Assembly: GCA_029856125.1 (NCBI GenBank)
Contig: JAHQWJ010000145.1
Location: forward strand, 1-14,063
DNA from: Promethearchaeia archaeon
Lineage (GTDB): Archaea; Asgardarchaeota; Lokiarchaeia; Sigyniarchaeales; SOKP01
DNA length: 14,063 bases
Direction of reading: 5' to 3'
Shown: positions 6,694-14,063 of the stretch, in pieces
Position numbering within the stretch: the stretch's first letter is position 1
Layout of the letters: every line of letters begins with the position of its first letter
The notes under the pieces: generated by a model
Told to the model about the DNA's origin: nothing
What the model saw: the letters and a program-made list of their open reading frames with translations, nothing else
The model's database searches: none
Translations under genes and position numbers: made by a program

Positions 6694-7809
6694 ATGAAAG
6701 AAATAACTTCTGAAGTATATTACAATAAAGTATATGGCTCTTGGATAGGTAGAGTTGCTGGAGATTTCGTTGGGGCACCGTTAGAATTAAGACCTGTTAA
6801 AACAATTGAAAGAAGATACGGCGAAATTAAAGATTACCCAAAAAAAATCAATTTAAACTACGTTAATGACGACGAAATGTACGAAATCATAGCACTTATA
6901 TCCCTAGAAAAATACGGATTAGATTTGACCGCTAAGGATATCGCGTTAGAATGGGTAAATCTCCTGAAATACGACAAAGCAGTTTTTACTGCCGAAAAAG
7001 TGGCTTTAAATAACATCAGATCAAATATTTTCCCTCCAAAATCGGGGATACATAATAATCCGTATTTTGATTTTATTGGCGCTCAAATGAGAGCAGACAT
7101 TTGGGGTCAGATTGCTCCGGGATGTCCGGATATCGTCAAGCATTATTGTGTAATGGATGGATCTATCTCCCATGCGGGAATTGGCATAGAAGGTGAAGTG
7201 TTTGTTGCCCTCCTAATTTCTAACGCTTTCTTTGAAAACGATATTAAAAAAAATATAGAACATGCTTTTACCTTTTTACCTAATGAACACGGTAGTTTAT
7301 ACACTCAAACCGTGAAAAAAGCATTAAATCTGTATGAACAGAATCCAAATGACTTCAGAAAGGCGAGAGAGGTTTTAATTAACGAGTATTGGAGCAGGAT
7401 TAAAGAAGAATTAATCAATAAAGAACTTATTTCTGAAACGGAAAGAATATCAATATTGAAAGGTATGGAGTCAAAAGTGCACGTTCTTCCAAACATAGGA
7501 ATTATTATTTTATCGCTTTTATATGGTGCCCAAGACAAAAAAGATCCTCTTGGTAGGTCCATCTGCGTCTCTGCGATGATGGGATACGACACTGATTGTA
7601 ATTGTGGTAATATTGGCGCGATTCTTGGCGCCCAATTAGGTGCTGATAATATTCCTTCTAAATGGAGTGATCCCCTACAAGATACTTTTTCTACGTATGT
7701 AAAGGGATACGAAAAATGGAAGATTTCTGAATTATCCCGCAGAATAGCTAACATTGGTGAAAAACTAATAGAATTGAAGGGAAAAAATAAGGTTAAAATA
7801 GTTAAATAA
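6694..7809 (+). CDS. ADP-ribosylglycohydrolase (ARH/DraG) family protein
   Basis: VYGSWIGRVAGDFVGAPLE, NDDE metal site, IGAQMRAD, DGSISH and GYDTDCNCGNIGAILGA..G...IPSKW. Confidence 0.9.
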   Translation: MKEITSEVYYNKVYGSWIGRVAGDFVGAPLELRPVKTIERRYGEIKDYPKKINLNYVNDDEMYEIIALISLEKYGLDLTAKDIALEWVNLLKYDKAVFTAEKVALNNIRSNIFPPKSGIHNNPYFDFIGAQMRADIWGQIAPGCPDIVKHYCVMDGSISHAGIGIEGEVFVALLISNAFFENDIKKNIEHAFTFLPNEHGSLYTQTVKKALNLYEQNPNDFRKAREVLINEYWSRIKEELINKELISETERISILKGMESKVHVLPNIGIIILSLLYGAQDKKDPLGRSICVSAMMGYDTDCNCGNIGAILGAQLGADNIPSKWSDPLQDTFSTYVKGYEKWKISELSRRIANIGEKLIELKGKNKVKIVK

Positions 7810-7824
7810 GAGAAGGTGAAATGA

Positions 7825-8718
7825 ATTATAAAGAAATATTCAACATTTAAACTTGAGTCCAAAATTATTCCAAGCCCGATTAAATATAGTTTGATCTTTC
7901 CTGAGGGGTATGAGGAATCGAATTCAAATTTCCCCTTATTATTATTTTTACACGGTGGAAATGGTGATGAAAAATCAATAGGAAATATAGAACCTTTAAT
8001 TAGTAAACTTTGGAGAGAAGAAAAGATTCCTGAAATGGTTGTTGCTACACCGAGTTGCACTCGTTCCTTGTATATGAATTATCGAGATAGTTCTGAAAAT
8101 TGGGAATCTTTTATAATAGAAGAATTTCTTCCATTTCTCCAAGAAAATTATAAAATAACAAGGGATGCAAATAAAATCTTTATTAGTGGCGTTTCCGCTG
8201 GAGGTTTAGGGGCATTACGTATGGGTTTTAAAAATTTCGATAAATTTGGTGCCATATTAGCATTTGAACCCGCAATCGAACCCGTTTTTGAATGGGACGA
8301 TATAGAGATTAGAGATAAGTTTTATCGACCTAAAAAACTGTTTGAAAAAATATTTGGAATGCCAGTCGATAAAGAATACTGGAAAAAAAATAACCCTGCT
8401 TATATCATTCGGGAAAATGCAGAAAAAATACGAGATTCGGGTATCAAACTATATTTAGAGGTAGGAACGAAAGATTTTTTAGGATTATATAGAGGAGCTG
8501 AATTTTTGCATAGATTACTATTTGATAACAGCATTAGTCACGAATTTAGGCTCGTATATGGCGGAGACCATATAGGGATTACTTTAAAGGAACGTTTCAA
8601 TAATGGGCTTTTAGCACTAAATCGATTCATAAATCCCCCCCAAGAAGTACCAGCAATTGTTGAAATCCGAGAAACATTTCTAAGGGCAATGGAAGAAGCT
8701 TTAAAAAGCGACGATTAA
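7825..8718 (+). CDS. Alpha/beta-hydrolase esterase (Fes / S-formylglutathione hydrolase / XynC-like esterase family)
   Basis: YSLIFPEGY..FPLLLFLHG, nucleophile elbow GVSAGG, acid GTKD and His GGDH. The frame is open upstream of TTG 7891 back to ATT 7825 and encodes family-like sequence (SKIIPSPIKYSL), so the start is uncertain. Confidence 0.85.
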   Translation: MIKKYSTFKLESKIIPSPIKYSLIFPEGYEESNSNFPLLLFLHGGNGDEKSIGNIEPLISKLWREEKIPEMVVATPSCTRSLYMNYRDSSENWESFIIEEFLPFLQENYKITRDANKIFISGVSAGGLGALRMGFKNFDKFGAILAFEPAIEPVFEWDDIEIRDKFYRPKKLFEKIFGMPVDKEYWKKNNPAYIIRENAEKIRDSGIKLYLEVGTKDFLGLYRGAEFLHRLLFDNSISHEFRLVYGGDHIGITLKERFNNGLLALNRFINPPQEVPAIVEIRETFLRAMEEALKSDD

Positions 8719-8748
8719 TATAATTCGAACTACAGAAGTATACAATTA

Positions 8749-9942
8749 TTGAAATTAAAACTAAAGGATATTGTTTTGAGCGAACAAGAAGATTTAAAGC
8801 AAAGGATAATAACTACTATTAAAGAATACGATAATCAGGGTATCCATCGTACAGGAACTCAGGTGGATACACAGAGTGCTCAATGGTTGGCAAGTGAAAT
8901 AAAAAAAATAGGGCTAGAACCTTATTTGGACGAGTTTTCTTTAAATCGTATTAATATAGAGGAGGCATCAGTTGAAGTTGAAACACAAAAAATACAAGGG
9001 GTCCCCCTTTTCGATTGTACTTATCCGAAAGAAGAAATTATTGTAGGTAACTTAGGAAACATTAATGAAAAAAATGTAATTGGGATCACACGCGTTGACA
9101 ATGTAAAACCTCAAAATCTCGAAAAACAAAGAAAAAATAACCCCAATGTTGGTACTATAGTAGCGACACAAGGATTGACCCCTGGACTTTCGCTCATCAA
9201 TGCTGAAAATTTCATTAGGCCTTTTGGTCCACCAACTTTACAAATTTCAAGTGAATATTGGCCTTTTTTATCGTCAAAAATAGGAACAGAGGTAACCTTA
9301 AGAATTAAAGTTAATCGTAATCCAACCAAGGCTTATAACGTTATCACAAGACTAAAAGGAAAAGATTCAAGATTAGCTCCGTTAGTTATAATGACTCCCC
9401 GTAGTGGGTGGTGGAATTGCGCTTCTGAGAGGGCTGGAGGAATAGCAATATTGCTAGAAATGATGCGTGTTTTCTACAATGCAAAACCAACTCGGGATGT
9501 ATTATTTTTAGCCAATTCTGGTCATGAACTGGGACATCTTGGACTGGATCATTATCTCGAAAAAAATTCGAGTATGATCAAAGAAGCTTCGAGTTGGATT
9601 CATCTTGGAGCCAACATCGCAGCATCAGCTCAAAACAGTAGGAATAATTCTGTCAAGCCAAAAATTCTCACTCAATCCTCGGATGCTAAAATTGAAACGT
9701 TGGGCCTCGATTCTCTTGCTAAATACGCTATTATTCCAAACCTGAATATTTCACAGGGAAATCGGCCCCTTGGAGAGGCAAAAAACATTTTTGATGGTGG
9801 TGGTCAATATTTTTCGATAATTGGGATGGCGAATCCACTGTTCCATCATCCTGACGACCGTTGGCCAGGCGCCATAGATGTGAACAACACCGTAAGGATA
9901 ACAAAAGCTCTAATTCTCTTAGCTTCACAATTAGTGCATTAA
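8749..9942 (+). CDS. M28/Zn-exopeptidase-fold protein with atypical metal-site motifs
   Basis: HRTGT..D..SAQWL, PA-like insert, AYNVITRLKG, LVIMTPRSGWW, ASERAGGIAILLE, LFLANSGHELGHLG, IHLGAN and FHHPDD follow the M28 motif order. Likely start is TTG 8776. Confidence 0.7.
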   Translation: MKLKLKDIVLSEQEDLKQRIITTIKEYDNQGIHRTGTQVDTQSAQWLASEIKKIGLEPYLDEFSLNRINIEEASVEVETQKIQGVPLFDCTYPKEEIIVGNLGNINEKNVIGITRVDNVKPQNLEKQRKNNPNVGTIVATQGLTPGLSLINAENFIRPFGPPTLQISSEYWPFLSSKIGTEVTLRIKVNRNPTKAYNVITRLKGKDSRLAPLVIMTPRSGWWNCASERAGGIAILLEMMRVFYNAKPTRDVLFLANSGHELGHLGLDHYLEKNSSMIKEASSWIHLGANIAASAQNSRNNSVKPKILTQSSDAKIETLGLDSLAKYAIIPNLNISQGNRPLGEAKNIFDGGGQYFSIIGMANPLFHHPDDRWPGAIDVNNTVRITKALILLASQLVH

Positions 9943-9970
9943 AAAAATCAATTAATAAAAATAACAAGAA

Positions 9971-10435
9971 TCATATCTTTTCTTTATTTAAACCATCTCT
10001 CAAAAACTTCTGAACATATTCGAGAGCTCTTTTATTATCCTCCAAGGATAGTAAATCCATGGCTTCTTCAAAGGTACACCATTTCCAATCGTTGTGTTCA
10101 ATAGGGTCTATTTTAGGTGGGCTTGGGTCATCAATTTTAGCAATAAAAAGATATTCAGGGATTTCTTTAGTCCCTTCAGGATAGATATCTATCCATCTAT
10201 CTTCCATTGGGATTATATAGGAGATATCTGTTTTTATTAAATTCAATGGACTATAGGCGGTTTCCTCGTACAATTCTCTTATGGCACCCTCAGAAAGAGT
10301 TTCGTTGTTTTCAGGGGCTCCTGTTACTCCTTGCCAAAAACCTCCTCGATTTTTAACCCTTTTAAGCATTAAATACTCCCAGTTTTCATCATTTTTCCTA
10401 ACCGGATAAATTAAAACTTGTATCGGAATTCTCAC
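9971..10435 (-). CDS. NUDIX hydrolase, NudB (dihydroneopterin triphosphate/dATP pyrophosphatase)-like
   Basis: PIQVLI, LMLKR, FWQGVTG, Nudix box GAPENNETLSEGAIRELYEETAY and EHNDWKW. Confidence 0.85.
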   Translation of the reverse strand: MRIPIQVLIYPVRKNDENWEYLMLKRVKNRGGFWQGVTGAPENNETLSEGAIRELYEETAYSPLNLIKTDISYIIPMEDRWIDIYPEGTKEIPEYLFIAKIDDPSPPKIDPIEHNDWKWCTFEEAMDLLSLEDNKRALEYVQKFLRDGLNKEKI

Positions 10436-10454
10436 TTTTTATCACTAACCTTAC

Positions 10455-11450
10455 TTAGTTTAATTTCTTTTTTCGATTTACCAAAAATATTCCAACTATT
10501 ACTAATAGTAAGGCAAAAGGATACACAATTATATCAAATTCTTCAAGTAAAAATAGTGCAGAGAAAAGTACTCCAAATAAAGGGACCAAAGCCTGAAATA
10601 TCGCTGCTCTACTAGCATTCAAACGCTTTACTCCTTCTAAGTAAAATGTATATGCTCCGATCGTAGATATAAATGCTAGATACGAGATGCCAATCCATAC
10701 TCTGGGAGGAATAGTTAAATAACTTGCTGGTATTAAGAACTCTGGACTAATAATTAAGGCTATCGGAGTGGTTATCAAAAATCCAAACAAGGAAACCCAT
10801 GTCATGATCCAGATAGAGCTTGGTTGATAAGATTCAGTGTCCTCGCGAGTTTTATTCAAGAAGAACCGTGAAATAACCGTATAAGCGGCGTATGCAAATG
10901 CCCCTAGTAGTATCATAATATCCCCAAGAATACGATTCTCCACATTTACATTCGGAGAAAACCCTACAACAATGACTACTGCGGTAAATGCTAATAACGA
11001 GCCAACCATTTTTCCCCACGCAAATCGCTCCGTTTTTAAGAAAACACTTGAAAGAATAATTACCCAAACTGCATTTGTTGCGACCATGATACTAGCATCG
11101 CTGGCACTAGTAAGAAGTTCTCCTATTAAGTAACCTGCCTGATAGACTGTTACTGATAAAAGTCCCATTAAGGTTAAGATCTTCCAGTTCTTTTTTGCAA
11201 ACAGCCAGTTTAAAGTTCCCTCTTTGAACTTAAGAATGACAAAAAAACAAATTACTGCTAGAAAATACCGAATAACTGCGATCATAAATGGAGGGATAGT
11301 AGTACCTCCAACTTCTTCTGAGACTAACCATCGTCCTAATGGCCACGTACCTCCCCATATAATCGTAGTTAAGATAAGTAAAAAATATGCTACGAGTTCC
11401 TGCTTCCTACTAATACTAAGGTTAGAATCTACTATTTTCTCATTCGTCAA
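10455..11450 (-). CDS. EamA/DMT-family transporter (10 TM)
   Basis: IIWGGTWP, AVIRY, ASDASIM, ILGDIMILLGAFAYAAYT and GVKRLNASRAAIF..LVPLFG form two EamA repeats. TTG start. Confidence 0.92.
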   Translation of the reverse strand: MTNEKIVDSNLSISRKQELVAYFLLILTTIIWGGTWPLGRWLVSEEVGGTTIPPFMIAVIRYFLAVICFFVILKFKEGTLNWLFAKKNWKILTLMGLLSVTVYQAGYLIGELLTSASDASIMVATNAVWVIILSSVFLKTERFAWGKMVGSLLAFTAVVIVVGFSPNVNVENRILGDIMILLGAFAYAAYTVISRFFLNKTREDTESYQPSSIWIMTWVSLFGFLITTPIALIISPEFLIPASYLTIPPRVWIGISYLAFISTIGAYTFYLEGVKRLNASRAAIFQALVPLFGVLFSALFLLEEFDIIVYPFALLLVIVGIFLVNRKKKLN

Positions 11451-11458
11451 TGTAATAG

Positions 11459-11465
11459 TTTATAA
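11459..11465 (+). promoter_or_regulatory. Putative TATA box for a leaderless transcript starting near ATG 11489
   Basis: TTTATAA ends about 24 nt upstream of the in-frame ATG at 11489, which fits archaeal TATA-to-TSS spacing. Confidence 0.45.
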
Positions 11466-11488
11466 TGTGTGATCCTAAAATAATAAGT

Positions 11489-12235
11489 ATGGTTGCAAAG
11501 ATAGTTGAAGATTTTTATGTAAGAAAGAAATCAAAATTCATGAGAGGGTTTGACGAGCGTTTAATTTTTGTGAAGAATGAGCTTTTTAAAAAATTTGATA
11601 ACCTAAAGTCCGAAGAACTAATCAGCCAAATGAAAGCGGAATTCGAGAAGATTTTGCCTGATATTCCTTATATAGGAGGCCAAAAAAATCCCACTACTTT
11701 AGTCCTTGTTAAATGTATGTCAGATCTAGCGGTTTTCCGCATATTAGAAAAAAATGGCTTTTCATTTCGAGAGATCGGTGAATTTCACTATAAGTATGTA
11801 ATCGCAGCCCATAAACTTAGAAAAGAAGCTTTAGAAAAAGCGAGTAGAGATCCATCTCAATATCCGTTCGATCCAGTATACATGGATTACCAAAAGAAAT
11901 TAACCGAAGAAACCCATAAGAAACTCTATCCGGACGATTGGGTAATGGATTTTGTAGAAGGAGATCAGAAATCATTTGTATGGGGTTGGGACATACAGGA
12001 ATGTGGCGTCCAAAAAGCGTATAAAAAGTTAGGTGACGAAAAATACACTCCATTCATATGTTTAGGAGATTATTACGAAGCGGAAGGCTTAGGATTTGGC
12101 TTTTCTCGGACTAAAACCCTTGGATTTGGTGCCCCGCTTTGCACTCATAGATTCGTAAAAAATCACAAAACACCTCGCGCATGGCCACCGGATGACCTAA
12201 AGGAATTTAACAGCAAATTTTTTCAAGATAAATAA
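11489..12235 (+). CDS. L-2-amino-thiazoline-4-carboxylic acid hydrolase (ATC hydrolase)-family protein
   Basis: IPYIGG..NP, DWVMDFVEG, GWDIQECG..K, PFICLGD and GFSRTKTLGFGAPLCTHRF (three conserved Cys). Start moved from 11465 to 11489 because ATG 11465 overlaps the TATA box and lies only 14 nt from the divergent EamA start. Confidence 0.8.
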   Translation: MVAKIVEDFYVRKKSKFMRGFDERLIFVKNELFKKFDNLKSEELISQMKAEFEKILPDIPYIGGQKNPTTLVLVKCMSDLAVFRILEKNGFSFREIGEFHYKYVIAAHKLRKEALEKASRDPSQYPFDPVYMDYQKKLTEETHKKLYPDDWVMDFVEGDQKSFVWGWDIQECGVQKAYKKLGDEKYTPFICLGDYYEAEGLGFGFSRTKTLGFGAPLCTHRFVKNHKTPRAWPPDDLKEFNSKFFQDK

Positions 12236-12331
12236 ATGTAAAGCACCTCAATTTATTTTTCATAATTTTAGTGGAATGAATGAAAAACTTCATTTTTATA
12301 TGTTTAGAACAACTTCGAAATAATATTAAAT

Positions 12332-12361
12332 CTCAATTTTGTGTCATGACTTATAATTGAG
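12332..12361. promoter_or_regulatory. 30-bp imperfect palindrome, candidate operator upstream of the beta-helix gene
   Basis: In CTCAATTttgtGTCA|TGACttatAATTGAG, 12 of 15 positions pair. It lies just upstream of a TATA-like TATTATAT (12368-12375). Confidence 0.45.
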
Positions 12362-12404
12362 GATAACTATTATATGTTAGAAAAAAAGAAGTAATCCATG
12401 CAAA

Positions 12405-13646
12405 ATGAGATTTCGTCCAAGGAAAAAAAGTGCTATTATATTAATAGTAATCACAGGAATTTTGATTCCCGTTTTATTAATTATTACACATATTATAGAT
12501 AATGAGCCGTATTTCATCATAATTAAAAACAATGAGGATTTAGAATTCTGGAGCAGTTCTGGAAATGGAACGGGAGATAATCCCTATATAATTGAAGGTC
12601 ATCATATCAGAGTTCCAAGGAATGATGATGAGGAAGACTATGATGCACCTTGTATTCCAGAAAAGAGCATTATTAGTATTAGCGGTGTCAGTAAATCTTT
12701 TATCATTCAAAATAATATATTTGAAGTTAAGGGTGGATGTGAAAGCCAATCTATCATTAAAATCTCTGATATTTCAGTTCCTTTTGTCATTCGGAATAAT
12801 AAATTACGGGGAGGTTATTATGCTCACGCCTTTAGCTTAAATAATATAAATGGAAAAGATTCCATTGTATCAAATAACAGAATATATTCGGCAAGTACGC
12901 TTCTCAACAATGTTCATAACATTTCTTTTATTGGTAATCAGTTTTATACACGTGGTAATGCCTTTGGTGTGTCCACATGTCAGAGTAGCAATGTACAGTT
13001 CATTCAAAATTATTGTTTTCTATATAGTGTATCCTTCCGTGAATGTTCGCATATACTTATAGATAATAATATCTTTGAGAATGACGAAATATATTCTGGA
13101 TGGGATTTATTATATATGAGAGAGAATGAATACTGCACTATAACCAATAATACTTTTATCCGAGGAGGATTAGATTGGAGGGTTTTTACTGGATTTTATC
13201 CGACTGCAATCGTCTTCAATAATATCGTGAATGGAAAACCTTATGGCTTTTTCTTTAACCAGACGAATGTCGTAATAAATACTATAAAATATGGACAAAT
13301 CATACTAGTGAAATGTTCTAAAACTACAATTACTGAGCAATTCATCCGTGATGTATCGCAACCTCTCTTAATTGAAAACTGCATTGACTCAACCGTAACA
13401 AACAGCAAGTTCTTAGATTGTAAATGGGTGGGTATAGATATCCAATATTCTACCAATACCATTGTATCAGAGTGTGAGATTGAAGATAACCATTATGGAG
13501 TGAAAGGAGTGAATTCGCACGGTATTTCTGTTAATTATTGCGTGTTCAAAGATTTGCAATGGGGAATTCAAGTCCAAGATTGTTCAGGCTTTATAGAGAA
13601 GGATAATATGTTTGAGAATGTTGCTTCAGAAGTAACAATATGGTAA
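12405..13646 (+). CDS. Secreted or N-terminally anchored right-handed beta-helix (NosD/pectin-lyase-like) protein
   Basis: Basic N-terminus MRFRPRKK plus a hydrophobic helix, then SGNGTGDNPYIIE, FIIQNN/FVIRNN/IDNNIF/ITNNTF repeats, IVNGKPYGFFFNQTN and YGQIILVKC. Confidence 0.88.
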   Translation: MRFRPRKKSAIILIVITGILIPVLLIITHIIDNEPYFIIIKNNEDLEFWSSSGNGTGDNPYIIEGHHIRVPRNDDEEDYDAPCIPEKSIISISGVSKSFIIQNNIFEVKGGCESQSIIKISDISVPFVIRNNKLRGGYYAHAFSLNNINGKDSIVSNNRIYSASTLLNNVHNISFIGNQFYTRGNAFGVSTCQSSNVQFIQNYCFLYSVSFRECSHILIDNNIFENDEIYSGWDLLYMRENEYCTITNNTFIRGGLDWRVFTGFYPTAIVFNNIVNGKPYGFFFNQTNVVINTIKYGQIILVKCSKTTITEQFIRDVSQPLLIENCIDSTVTNSKFLDCKWVGIDIQYSTNTIVSECEIEDNHYGVKGVNSHGISVNYCVFKDLQWGIQVQDCSGFIEKDNMFENVASEVTIW

Positions 13647-13815
13647 TCAATGTCATTTACCACTAAATTTACGGGATACTGCTATATTTTTAGTTTTACT
13701 AGTTATTTTCGTTGTTATCTTCATATTCAATAAATTGTAGATTATTAATCACAAATTTAAAGAAGGATTAGAAAGTATAGATGTAAGCACATTAATTTTG
13801 GTTTATTTTTCTGCT

Positions 13816-14061
13816 TCATTTTTGAGCAGTGAACAGTCCATATCCCCCAAATTTTTCGTAGTTAAGTATCGTGAACCCTTGCTTTCTAATTAAATCATCC
13901 CAATACTTCCGTCTTTGAAACACCATGCAGAATATTCCGGAATATAAGATTAATTGCCAAGAAAATCGATGCCATTCACCTAAAAACAAAAAACCTTTTG
14001 GTTTTAACACTCGGTAAATCTCTTTCATTGCTCTCTCTTTATCTTTATAATCGTGTACCTC
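13816..14061 (-). CDS. Class I SAM-dependent methyltransferase, C-terminal part (5'-truncated by the window)
   Basis: The frame is open to the window edge and reads EVHDYKDKERAMKEIYRVLKPKGFLFLGE. EIYRVLKPxG is the typical Methyltransf_11 motif. Confidence 0.85.
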   Translation of the reverse strand, partial: EVHDYKDKERAMKEIYRVLKPKGFLFLGEWHRFSWQLILYSGIFCMVFQRRKYWDDLIRKQGFTILNYEKFGGYGLFTAQK

Positions 14062-14063
14062 GT

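Noticed and set aside
7816-7827. In-frame GTG-AAA-TGA-ATT as possible selenocysteine or read-through start of the esterase
   Set aside because: A UGA at codon 3 is not at a catalytic position, no SECIS-like hairpin was seen, and the GTG lies within the SD-like motif.
6296-8060. Minus-strand ORFs 6296-6610 and 7305-8060 (251 aa)
   Set aside because: They lie antisense to the crotonase, ARH and esterase genes, with Ser/Phe/Ile-rich shadow composition and no domain.
9111-12053. Short overlapping ORFs 9111-9329, 9731-9967, 10418-10615, 10852-11067, 11224-11472 and 11817-12053
   Set aside because: All lie within or antisense to confidently assigned genes and show no recognisable motifs.
12540-13462. 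Alternative-frame ORFs 12540-12749, 12592-12840, 12850-13062 and 13241-13462
   Set aside because: Nested in the intact beta-helix gene; no sign of a frameshifted second product.
1-14063. tRNA, rRNA, CRISPR array, transposase or integrase
   Set aside because: No GC-rich structured RNA segment, regular repeat-spacer pattern or DDE/tyrosine-recombinase motif was found.

Overview
AT-rich window (roughly 30% GC by eye) of an archaeal-type genome, most likely an Asgard archaeon (Lokiarchaeia-like). That assignment is inferred from TATA-box-like promoters, oligo-T terminators, two membrane-anchored NosD/CASH beta-helix proteins with GNGTxxNPYIIE/VNGKP-type motifs, a membrane-anchored wHTH protein and a stand-alone ubiquitin-fold gene. 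It is an accessory/metabolic region of about 19 genes: truncated beta-helix surface protein, wHTH-2TM regulator, Lrp/AsnC-like remnant, Zn-ribbon membrane protein, ubiquitin-like protein, type II RelE/ParE toxin-antitoxin pair, PaaI thioesterase, acyltransferase-3, two hypotheticals, a co-oriented crotonase / ADP-ribosylglycohydrolase / esterase / atypical M28-like run, NudB-like NUDIX, EamA transporter, ATC-hydrolase-family protein, a second beta-helix protein and a truncated SAM methyltransferase. The most striking element is the orphan ubiquitin-like protein (1752-2084). It has a SUMO-like acidic/Ser-Lys N-terminal arm, a ubiquitin-like LRDYNL motif and a single-Gly end masked by two residues (LIPASTAG|IL, same register as UFM1 IIPRDRVG|SC). 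No rRNA, tRNA, CRISPR array or transposase was recognised. All family calls come from motif recognition, not from database searches.
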